DNA from: Candidatus Saccharimonadota bacterium
GTDB lineage: Bacteria > Patescibacteriota > Gracilibacteria > BD1-5 > UBA2023
Reading direction: 5' to 3'
Length of the DNA: 32,000 nt
NCBI GenBank assembly: GCA_042852035.1
Contig: BAAFHK010000003.1
Location: 210,001-242,000 of the forward strand
The notes under the pieces were generated by a model, which did no database searches, was not told the DNA's origin, and was given only the letters and a program-made list of their open reading frames with translations. Positions 20,744 through 31,286 of this stretch are shown here, in pieces; positions within the stretch are counted from its first letter, which is position 1, and the number at the start of each line of letters is the position of its first letter. A program made the position numbers and the translations under genes.

Positions 20744-23344
20744 ATGCAAGATATACATATTTTTAGAAATCAAGACCTAGTCTTAAAAGTTAATCCTACT
20801 TATGATCCTACAAAATTAAGATTAAAAGAATGGGATAGTTTTTTAGATAAACTTTGTTGAGATAGAGATTATCAGAAAGAAGCAATAAAGCAGGTGATTA
20901 TCTTTATGGTGTGAGGAAAATATAAAAAAATAGAGGATTTAGCAGAGGAGAATTATAAAAATAATCCTGAACTACAAATAAAATATTCATCTCTTGAAGA
21001 TTATTTACATAAATTACAAATTCAGGGAAAGTTATTTGCTAATATTGATCTTGCCACCTGAACTGGAAAATCTTATGTAATGTATGGTATAGCACAAATA
21101 ATGTTGGGATTATGAGTTGTAGACAGAGTATTGCTACTTTGTCCCTCTTTGACTATTGAAGCAGGGTTAAAAGAAAAATTTGAAAGTTTAAGTTGAAACC
21201 AGCAACTAAAAGATGCTATACCTGAAAACTCCATAATAAAAAATCCAAGAATTATTGATGCAAACCAAACCATTAAAAGCGGAGATATATGTATAGAAAA
21301 CATACATGCAGTATATGAAAAAACAGGATCTTCTATACAAGATAGTCTAAAATGAACTGGCAGTAATGTATTAGTTCTTAATGATGAATCACACCATATT
21401 TTTAATAAATCTTCTGATAAAGATGTTAAAAAATGGAAGGAGTTTTTAACTAATGATGATTTTTGATTTCAGTATATAGTTTGATTTACAGGAACAGCAT
21501 ATATTGATAATAACTATTTCAATGATGTTATATATAGATTTTCATTAAGAGAAGCAATAGAAAATAAGTTTGTGAAAAGTATTGAGTATGTAGCAAAAGA
21601 TGATAGTATTTGAAAATGAGAAAAATTTCAAAAGATCCATCAAAACCATATTGATAATATAGATAGATACCCAAAGATTAAACCTCTTACTATTCTGATT
21701 ACAGCAGATATTGAAAAAGCAGAAGAATTAAAAGATGATTTAGTTGAGTTCTTGATGCAAAAAGAGAATAAAAGTAAAGAACAGATAGAAGAAAAGGTTT
21801 TAATTATCACTTCTCATAAAGATCATAAAAGTAATTTACTAAAACTAAAAACAGTTGATAGCAAAGAAAATAAAACTGAATGGATTATATCAGTTTCTAT
21901 GTTAAGTGAAGGTTGGGATGTAAAAAATGTTTTTCAAATTGTTCCTTGGGAAGATAGGGCATTTAATTCAAAACTACTTATATCACAAGTTTTATGAAGA
22001 GGTTTAAGAGTGCCACCAGAATATGAATTACCACAACCAAAAGTGATAGTATTTAATCATGATGCTTGGAGTAGAAATATCATAGAACTTGTAAATGAAG
22101 TGTTGGAGATTGAAAAAAGAGTGGTAAGTGAGGTGCTTGATAGTTGAGACAGAAGTAAATATAATTTTGAAGTATTTAATCTAGATTATTCAAAAGAAGA
22201 AGTGGAAGTTGAATTAGAAACAAAAGAAAGTGTGATGAATTTTAGTAGAATATTTAATGAATGAATTAAATTGGAAGCACAGGTTGAGGAAATAGAAAAA
22301 TGAACTGTATTTGAGAGTTTAGGTTGAACTCAATCCCAGAGAGAAAAAAATTACTTGATTGAATATGCAACAACTTCTGTTGATGATATAGTAGATAAAA
22401 TCTATTCTGAATTTGAAATGAGGGATTGGGAATGAAAAGTGCTACAACTTAATCAAGAACAATATACTCAAAATAATCTACCTCCTAGAACAGTAATTAA
22501 GGAAATTATTATAAAATCAATGCAAAAACTCTGAATTAAGGGGGAAAGATTGATAGAAAAAAATAAAAATCATATCCTTTCAGGATTTTGAACTTTATTA
22601 AGAAAAAAGAATAAAACAGTTATTACAAAACTTAAAGTCAATGATCCTATACTAATAAAAACCATAGAAGTAGATAGAGAAAGTTTAGGAATTTGAAATT
22701 TTAGAAAAGATTGCACTGTATTTCTGACAACAAACTATTTACAGGAAGTAAATGAAGAACAAGGTGCTATTCTTTCTGAATTAAGTGAAGATGAAAGCCT
22801 CCCTAGAAGTGCAATCAAAGAGCAGAATGAGTATTTATTTAAAACACCCCTTAATGTTATCTTAACAAAATGAGAACCTGAAAGAAAATTTATTGAAGGT
22901 TTATGTAAGCAAGATGTTGTTGAAAAAATTAATTGTTGGATTAAATCGAGAGATAGAGGCTTTTATGGTATAGAGTATAGTTTGAGATATTGAGATAAAT
23001 GAAGTAATACAAGGAGATATACAAATAAAAAATTTAACCCTGATTTCTTTATTCAAATACAAAAAGAAGATATAAAATATACTCTTGTTATTGAAACAAA
23101 GATGGATTGAGATGATAGTGAAGAGAACAAAGCAAAATATAAATATGCATTAGAACATTTTAATAGATTAAATGAAGAACTAGAACAGAGAGGAATAAAT
23201 GAAAAATACATTTTTCATTTTCTTAGCCCCCAATGATATTCAACATTTTTTGAATATTTAAAAGATGGAAGAATATTGGAAGGACAAGAAAAGTATAGGT
23301 GTGCTCTTGAAAATAGCCTAGAAAATAATGAAGAGGAGCTATAA
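20744..23344 (+). CDS. res: Type III restriction enzyme Res subunit (SF2 helicase plus PD-(D/E)xK nuclease)
   Basis: ATG 1 nt after the mod stop (TAATATG). DLAT-G(TGA 21059-21061)-TGKS, LNDESHH, GFTGTA, SVSMLSEGWDVKNV, QVL-G-RGLR. C-terminal NPDFFIQ...LVIETK nuclease motif. 866 aa. Confidence 0.85.
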
Positions 23345-24091
23345 TAAGGAAATTGCATACTTCCCTGTAAAGTTTTCTTTTAGGATTTCTTCATATTTTT
23401 CTTTTTTATAATCCCAACAAGACACAATCAAAATAAGGTTCTTTTCTCTAAACAGAGGAAAGAACTTTTTATTATTCTTTCTAGTATTCATATCTTCATA
23501 TCCTAGTACTTTCTGATGAAACTGTTTGTATGAGTTCATATTTTCTAATTCAAGACAATAGGCTGTATTTCAGATACTTAATAGTAAATCTGGTATCATA
23601 ACAAAATCTAGATATTCATATTTAGTTTCAGGATTTTTTAACTCTGTTTGAAGTATTTTTTGGATTGTTTTTGATCCTGTAAAATATTCTGCTTTCAATA
23701 CAAAATCCTTATTTTTATTTCTAATCTTTCATAGGAAATAAACAAAGAGATCTCATAATAGTAGTTGATGATTATATAGGGTATAACTGGTATTATAAAT
23801 TGATGGTTCATATTTTATTCAGGTCTCATAATAAATCCTGTTTAGGACTATTTCAGTAGTATTTAGCATATAAATACTATACTGGCTTATACTTTTATAT
23901 TCTTGTTTCAGTTCTTTTATAAATCAATGCTTTTTCAGGAGGAGTAGCCTTATATTAAAGGTTTTATGTTGGGTTTCTGGACTAACAATATTTTTTAGAT
24001 TTCTAGAACTACAAAATCATAATTCATTTAAAGTATGAAATATTAACAAGTCCCTAGGTGTTAAAACTATATTTTCTCTGGTTTTATTCAT
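23339..24091 (-). CDS. Replication-relaxation-family-like protein (wHTH plus PD-(D/E)xK-like core), 250 aa
   Basis: Translated codon by codon from ATG 24089-24091. N-terminus LTPRDLLIFHTLNELGFCSSRNL; later HQLLLGD and MIPDLLLSIGNTAYCLELEN. Stop overlaps the res stop by 6 nt. Confidence 0.5.
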
Positions 24092-25538
24092 ACTTTTCTC
24101 AATTAGATTTTAAAAGTTTCTGTATATTTTGATCTCAAATATTTAAAGACTGTGTTAATATGCTTAAAGTTCAGTGGTTAATAGTGTCAAAAACAGAATA
24201 GAACTCTCATCTTTTGAGATTAACAATATCTTTTTCACTTATTGCAAACTTTTGCTCTAATCAAGAATTGGTAATAGGAACAAATAACTCTGCCTGTTCT
24301 GGTGGTAATGCAAAAATAAGTGAATAACTCAAATTATTTAGTAAATCCTGTAATTCTCTACTGATACTCTGGAATATAAACAACATATTTATTTTTTTCT
24401 TCCTGTGTTCATTTAGTATTTTCTCTAAAATATCTAACATATGATTTTTACTACCTTGGAGTTCGAGAAAACTTTGAAATTCATCACAAGTATAATAATG
24501 GCTTCATAAGTTGGGATTATTATGATTTTTACCTGCTCCAATGTGATATAAAATGTTTGTAAGGAAAGATATTACTACTCTTCTTTCTTGGGTATTGAAT
24601 ACTGAAAAATCAAATAGATATACTTCTGTTTGTTTCTTTTCTCAACTCATATAGTGTTCTATGTCCAATGTAAGTTCTTTATAACTTTTTCAATATCCAA
24701 AAGTATCTCCTAATCAAAAACTAAAATCTTTCAATTTTGTTAAACTGGTAATATGAGACTGTTTATCTACTTGAAGATCTTTAAGAAAAGTTTTTAACTC
24801 TTGGTCTACTCCATTTGCAAGTTGGAGTATGTCAGAATGAGTAGAAGAAAATAGTTTTTTTCTATCTTCATCAAGATAAGTAGGAAGTTTCTGGCATCTA
24901 CTGGTATAATCTAACAAATCATATAAATCCCTATAAGATAATAAAACATTGTCAGGATCTCTATGGTATCTTTCTATATTGATAACTATAAAACTTCTTA
25001 TAAGTCCCTCTAATACTTTTGTGTTTGAGGGTCAGAAAGCAGAGTAGTTAAATACTCATTTCAAAGAGGAGATATTATAGTTTACCCATTTATTTAAGTC
25101 TGTAATATCTTCTACAAGAGACAAAGCAAATAGTGGATTAAAGAAAAATGTTTTATCCATATAAAACCCTCTATATTTTTTATTATTTTCAATAGTTTCA
25201 TTGGAAAATCTAAAAATATCTCAATATCTGCTTAATTTTGGATTATCTATTAAGTATTCTCATAAAAGATTTAACAAAGGATTTATAAATGAGTTATGGG
25301 GATCAATACAAACAAAAGTATCTCCATACTTTGTATTATCTGGTTGAGACTGTTGTAAAATTGAAGATTTTATAGTAGAAAATAGGGTAGATACTAAACT
25401 GTATGTTTTGCCACTTCAAGATTTTCAGAATATTCATCAATGACCGGATTTTAAAATATTGTAGTTGAGTGATAAAAGTGCTTTATCTTCTAGTATATGG
25501 GACTTCTGGACTGTCCCTATGGGTATAATGTGAGACAT
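24084..25538 (-). CDS. HerA/FtsK-superfamily (T4CP-like) P-loop ATPase, 484 aa
   Basis: PIGTVQKSHILEDKALLSLNYNILKSGH-G-GIF-G(TGA 25425-25427)-KS-G(TGA 25416-25418)-SGKT Walker A; HYYTCDEFQSF Walker B. No N-terminal TM. Stop overlaps the downstream start (ATGAATAA). Confidence 0.6.
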
Positions 25539-25572
25539 AGTATAGGCTGGTTAAGTGATATGTTATATTGTA

Positions 25573-26475
25573 TTAATAAAAATTAAGATTTTTGATTAAA
25601 TTACATTCAAAAAATCATGAACTAGGTAAAATTATGGCTTTATCCTGAATAGTTCCTGAAATATGGGAAAGTGGTAAAAATAGCCCTTGTGATAATAGTG
25701 CTTCCGGTTGAAGTAGTCTTTTATACTGTGGTATATAATCTAAAAATGTTTTATATTCAGTTATTGAGTAGGAATTATACAGAGATGCATATAGTCCAAG
25801 GTTCTTATACAAAATACTTTTAATATCCCTATATTGCAGGTTATGTGATATATTAAATTGAAATAGAAACATGTTCTGGCTTTCAGTAAAAGAACTTATA
25901 AAACTCTCCTGCTCCTTTTCATTCATATTTTTACTTTTCTGGGTATATAAATAATCCTTTACTAATGATGAATAAGATCCCTTTGAGAATGAAAAGAGTA
26001 TTTTAATAACTTCATTTTCATTAATGAAGGGCAATATTTCCTGTATGAATGAACTTTTTATAGATGAGGAGGTTGTAAAGTCTCAGGCTCATAAAGCACC
26101 AAGTTTCTTAATTTGTAATACAGAGTGGTTATTAAGTCAGATTTTATAAATATGCTTGTATGATTGTCTTAATATGAAATCCCTTTTTATGTCTATTGAA
26201 AAACTGATCTTTCAGTTGTAGAGTTTGATAAAAAACTGCATTATATAATTAATACCTTCAAGACTATTAGAAAATATATATTCATCTATAAAAACTCTAT
26301 TTTTAGCCTGATAGCAATGTGTTTCCATTCAAAACCATAGATGAGGGAGGTAGAAAGCATTTAAATCATTCTTGATGGAATTTATAAGGTTTTCTCAAAA
26401 GTTGGTTCAAGGATTGATTTTTAAATAGAAAAGTTGATGCTCTGGAAAATATGGAATATTTGAAATTTGAAACAT
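25573..26475 (-). CDS. Hypothetical protein (300 aa), first gene of the minus-strand trio
   Basis: ATG 26473-26475. Track ORF 25615..26034 extended both ways through TGA; TAA 25573-25575. No motif recognised. Confidence 0.5.
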
Positions 26476-26560
26476 GGAGATCAAAATTAATAAAACAAAT
26501 AATCATTATATTAATTTTTAGAAACTATGGATTATGTCATTGTATATTCTTCATTACCTA

Positions 26561-26688
26561 CCCCTGTAATTTTTAGACTTTCTTTTATTTAAAAGGAAAA
26601 GAGCCTAATAGGTCATAACTTAAAACTTATGACCTATTAGGCTCTAACCACACCTTATTTATAGTGGAAAGTCTAAAAATTACAGGGG
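26561..26688. repeat. Nested perfect palindrome (22-bp outer arms, 19-bp inner hairpin)
   Basis: Outer arms CCCCTGTAATTTTTAGACTTTC (26561-26582) / GAAAGTCTAAAAATTACAGGGG (26667-26688). Inner arms AGAGCCTAATAGGTCATAA (26600-26618) / TTATGACCTATTAGGCTCT (26627-26645), 8-nt loop. Confidence 0.9.
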
Positions 26689-26702
26689 GGAGATTTTTTT
26701 GA
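26684..26702 (+). repeat. Direct repeat copy 2 (attP-like): AGGGGGGAGATTTTTTTGA
   Basis: Identical to 16855-16873. Flanked by the inverted half-sites GTCTAAAAA (26671-26679) and TTTTTTGAC (26695-26703). Confidence 0.7.
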
Positions 26703-26748
26703 CTAAAGGAAGAAAAAGATATACTTGATATTAATTAATGTAATTATT

Positions 26749-27783
26749 ATGACTAGATTAATAGATGGGGTAAGGGAGGCAGGATTGGAACAAGGAACAG
26801 ATGGAAGAGTAAGCAAAGAAAAAGTAAATGAGATGTTAGAGTTTTTTAGTAAAGCATTTTGAGAAGATGCTATATTATCTGTATGAGGATTTGATAAGAA
26901 ATTAGTTGATGCTGTTAAAGAAAATGACAATATCATTAAAAGATTATTACAATCAGAATTAGAAAGAAATTGTAGATATGAAATGAATATAAGCACTTCT
27001 AATGTTAAAGAAGTTATTGAGTGGATTGATATTATCAATAACAACCAAGAAAAAAATGGTTGAATTATCTGAAAACAATTTAGATTTACTGCTAGTATTA
27101 TTGAGGCATTACTTGCATTTTTAAAACTCTATCAATCTGCAAATATTGTTAATCAAAATGAAAATGGAAGAGAAAAAGAAATAATTCTGGTTTTGATTGT
27201 TAAGACTTTAAGGTATGCAATAGGTTCTGGAAAGAATGGTTTTACAGGAATAAAGTCTGATTTATTTTCAAAGTTTGAAGAAGTATTGCATAGGATTTTT
27301 GATGATGCTGATATTGAAACAGATGAGAAAACACAACTTATTTTTCAGTGAAGTGCAGGATCTTATGGAAATGCACCAAAAAATAATGTATGGATAGAAG
27401 ATTTTATTAGATCTGTTTCAGGAGATGGCTGAAATGTATTAGTTCATTTTTTAAAAAAATCACAACTCAATAAAACAGAGTTATTATTATATACTGATAA
27501 AAATATTGTAGAAGTTATCATTGAATATTGAAATAACTTTATATTTATTCTTACAAATAGTAGAGAATGGAAAAAGGAGGCAGTTTTACTTTATAAAACT
27601 ACTGAAAATATCTTGCAGGATCAAGTTAATAGATGATGAATTGAAAAAATTATTAATCTATTTCTTCAATGAGGTTTACCAGTTGAAAAGAATGATAATC
27701 TAAAAGTTATTAGTAGAAATGATATTTTAGATAGAAAGTTTATTGCAGAAGAAGACTTTGGTAAAATTATTCAAATTTCTTAA
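26749..27783 (+). CDS. Hypothetical protein (344 aa)
   Basis: I checked every codon 26749-27783: no TAA/TAG, 11 TGA. No recognisable motif. Confidence 0.55.
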
Positions 27784-27822
27784 TTTCCTTTTATTAAGGT
27801 GGGTATGGGTATTTTTTAAATT

Positions 27823-29376
27823 ATGGACTTACAAAAAAAGATTACAGACACTCTGGATTTACAAATAAATGCTGATGATATTTTATATTCAAATATTGAT
27901 AAGTTAGGCTTTTATTTTAAGTCATCAGAACTATTCTGATATTTTAAATCAAAAGATCCATTTCCAGATAAAGAAGAAGTTATTACTATCTGAGATACAA
28001 AGTATAATTTTCTAGTTTATCTTTCAGATAAAGACTTGAATGGATATGATAAAAAACTATGACTAAAAATAGAATATAGAGGGGAATATTATGAGGTTAT
28101 AGATATTCTATTTAACATAAAAGAAAGTAGATATTTATGTGTTTTTCATGGAAAGTTGTGGAGGTTTTCAACTCTAAAAGAGTTTGGATTTTCAAATCAA
28201 ATATTAATTGAATTTATATCAAAAAACTTTACAGAGATACAATTAAGAGAAATTCATATTTGTTTAGATGTAGAAGAGAAAGAAGATTATCTAACTAGGA
28301 TTAATGAATATATTAAAAACTATGTTCCAAAGGTATTCAATAAAGATACCTACAATTTTAGTAGTTGAAATTTATGAAGACAAATTGAAATAGGTTTGCC
28401 AGACAGAAAGAATAATAAAGAGTTTTTTTATAAAATTTATAATAAGACTTTACAGGCTAGGAAGATGTGAATTGATAAAATATATGTTGATTATTGTTTA
28501 TCTACTGAAAAGAATGTGTTTAGATATGAAATAGAGTTTAGACAAAATATAGCAAAAACCATTAAATTAGAAGACTTAAAGTTAATCTGACCTATACTAG
28601 AAAATAAGAAACAGATGCATGCAGGGAAGTATATTTTGAATGAATGGATTTGTAGAACTCTTATTTCATATTTTGTAGACAAACAAAAATTTGATTTTGT
28701 GTTTTGACAACTCAATATTGAGAATGTGAAACTTAAAAGGTCTGAAAATAGAGCCACAGGTTCAGTTGGCAAAAGAATAAGTGATTTAAACCTGATAGGA
28801 CAGCTAAAATCTTTAAGAACCCAAGCAAAGAATATAGAAAGCACTACTTGAATACCCTTGAAGAACAACTTTGATAAGTTAGATGAAATTATAGGAGAAA
28901 GTCAGGATTACAGATATTATATCACTATTTATAGAGGAATTTTCAGGACAATAAAAAACCATTATGAAGAAAATGAGGTAAAGGATTTTGATGAACTTTC
29001 TGAATTGATAAAGGGGGCTACTACCTATGCACTCAATTTTCTAAAAACTGATTATAACAACTTCTTTAAGATTATAAGATGATGAATTAATAGGAATGCT
29101 GATAGTGTAATAGAGTTTCTTGCAGATAATGAAAACTCTTTAAGTGAATTGATTTATTTTTATTACTTTTGAAGATTAAGAGAATGAATATTGTTTGATT
29201 TCCTAGATGTTCTAAAAGAATGAAATATGCCATTATTTCAAAAATATTTTGAAGATGATAAGAAGTTAAGAGAGAGTATTGCAAATAAACAAAAATCAAT
29301 AAGTATGCTGAATGATGATAGTAATTTATCCTTTGATGATTACTCAAAGTCAGTTTTTAATATATTTTATAAATAA
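27823..29376 (+). CDS. Rep_trans-like rolling-circle initiator / MOB_T-type relaxase candidate (517 aa)
   Basis: I checked every codon. LREIHICLDV, QIEIGLPDRKNNKEFFYKIYNK and VFRYEIEFRQN resemble the R.D...D, ..YdK and R.E.e.R blocks of the replication initiation factor (Rep_trans) family as I recall them. Confidence 0.5.
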
Positions 29377-29387
29377 TCTCATTTTCT

Positions 29388-31286
29388 ATGGAACAATCAA
29401 AGAAAAAAAGAGTAGGAATATACATTAGAGTTTCTACATTAGACCAAGCAAAAAAAGGAACTTCTCTTGAAGATCAAGAGCAGAGTTTAAAATTATATAT
29501 ACAAGCAAACTCAATAGATGGTTGGGAACTTGCTGAAAATGGAGTTTACAGAGATGATGGAATTAGTGGTTTTAAGGGTATAGCAGATAGACCTGAATTT
29601 GATAGATTAATGAATGATGTGAATGACAAAAGATTAGATATTGTTTTGGTATATAGAATAGATAGACTAGCAAGAAATACAGAATTACTGCTGAATACTG
29701 TTAAGAAATTTAAAGTAAAGTGAGTGCAGTTTGTGAGTATGAGTGATAGAATTGATACAGATACAGCAAGTGGGAAGATGCTACTTGCTATACTAGGTGC
29801 TATGGCTGAAATGGAAAGGAACTTGATTTATGAAAGGACATATGCTTGAAAGATTAGAAAATTAAGTATGGGTTATGCTTCCTGATGATGATTTGATTTA
29901 CCACTTGGTTATAAAAAATGAGAAGATGGGAAGATAATGATTGATGAGCCATATAAAGAGTTAATCCAAGAGATTTTTGATCTTTGTACTGGGGAGAAGC
30001 ACTTTACACCAAAAGAAATTGCTGCTGAATTATCATCAAGGGAAGAAACTACTTGGTGGGATAAAAAAATGGCAAAACTTAAAAAGAAACAAGTTAAAAC
30101 AGGTGTCTGGAATGCAGATACAGTAAGAAAGATACTTCTCAATCCTATTTATAAATGAGTATACTATTTTTGAAAAACAAGAAAAGTGCTTGCAGATAAT
30201 GAAGAAGATGAAATTACTGTAAAAGTTCCAGAAGAAGAATGGCTACCAGTTCCTATGCCTTGTGGTTGAATTATTACAGAGAAACAATGGGAAGATGCTA
30301 AATATCAAATTCAAAAGATTAATAAAATTAATAGAGGAAGATGAAGAAGCCATATCTTTACAGGTCTAATTAAGTGTGGGTTTGACTGAATGAGTTATAT
30401 TTGTTATAGGTCAAAACAGAAGAAAGTTGAATACTTTTATTATAGATGTGGTGGAACAAATGCGTCTAAAAATGAGAATAAAAGAAAAGATACTGATGTA
30501 GGAAATATTGATATGCCTTTGTGTAATAATCTACAAGTTCCTGAATTAGAACTTTATAACTACTGTATTGATATTATTACAAGGTTCATAGAAGAACCAG
30601 AAGCACTATATAAACAAAAAATAGGGAATGATGAGGAGTTTAAGAAACAAAAAAAGATCCTTGAAACAAAAATAGAGGAAGATAAGTTAAAAATTAAAGA
30701 ACTTGAAGTTACTATAACATCATTGTATTATCAGAAATCAAAAGATAAAATAAATGCTGATAACATACAAAATGTGCTTGATACATACACACAAGATAAA
30801 GAAGCAGCATTGAAAAGACTTGAAAATAATGAAAAAGATTTGCTAAATTCAGAAAATCAGTTAAATTCTGGCAAGCAAATGAAACAGTTTGCTGAGACTT
30901 ACAAAGATAAACTTGCAAATCTTACAGAGGAACAAGGAACAGAACTTATTAGGTTGTTAGTTGATAGGATTGAAGTTAAAGGAACGTTAATTACAGTATT
31001 CTTTAAGTTCAAACCACACCCAGAGAGTTTTACACATAGTCAAACTCTAAAAAAAAACTCTAAAAAAATAGAGGGGGGAGATTTTACAACAAGTTCTACA
31101 CCAAACAAGCAGTCTCTCCAACATATATGCAGCCGTAGTTCAGTTGGATTAGAACGCCTCCCTGCGAAGGAGGAGGTCACAGGTTCGAGCCCTGCTGGTT
31201 GCACCATTTCAACTCATAGAAGACTCTTCAGTACCATTTTTTGGCTCTGGGGAGCTTTTTTTAGGTTCGTACTCATCTATACTTAA
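29388..31286 (+). CDS. Large serine recombinase; ORF has no stop before the element end and reads through tRNA-Arg
   Basis: VGIYIRVSTLDQ...YRDDGISG...RPEFDRL...VLVYRIDRLARN catalytic domain; recombinase domain; HIFTGLIKCGFD-G-MSYICY...YFYYRCGG zinc ribbon; coiled coil. In-frame stops 29388-31283 are all TGA; first TAA is at 31284-31286. The functional C-terminus is probably near 31030-31090. Confidence 0.8.
31072..31085 (+). repeat. Direct repeat copy 3 (attR-like): AGGGGGGAGATTTT
   Basis: 14-nt identity with copies 1 and 2. Left flank CTCTAAAAAAA resembles the copy-2 left flank GTCTAAAAA. Lies inside the recombinase ORF tail. Confidence 0.65.
31129..31206 (+). tRNA. tRNA-Arg (anticodon GCG), CCA encoded
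   Basis: Anticodon arm CCTCC-CTGCGAA-GGAGG (perfect), D arm GTTC/GAAC, T-loop TTCGAGC. The acceptor stem has two G-U pairs and the T stem has one A-C mismatch in my fold. Confidence 0.75.

Larger units (their letters stand above)
16855..31085 (+). mobile_element. Integrated AT-rich insertion (about 14.2 kb) between tRNA-Cys and tRNA-Arg, probably two tandem integrative elements (X 16855-26702, Y 26684-31085)
   Basis: Compositional drop, three direct copies of AGGGGGGAGATTTT with attL/attP/attR-like flanks, serine recombinase at the right end, and R-M, transfer-like and Rep-like cargo. Confidence 0.6.

Noticed and set aside
26561-26688. Retron-like msr/msd structure (long inverted repeats flanking a stem-loop)
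   Set aside because: No reverse transcriptase in the window. The downstream genes translate to an orphan protein, a Rep_trans-like protein and a recombinase.
16855-31085. Prophage interpretation of the insertion
   Set aside because: No terminase, portal, capsid, tail or lysis-like genes were recognisable. Content is R-M, an ATPase/relaxation-like module, a Rep-like protein and a recombinase.
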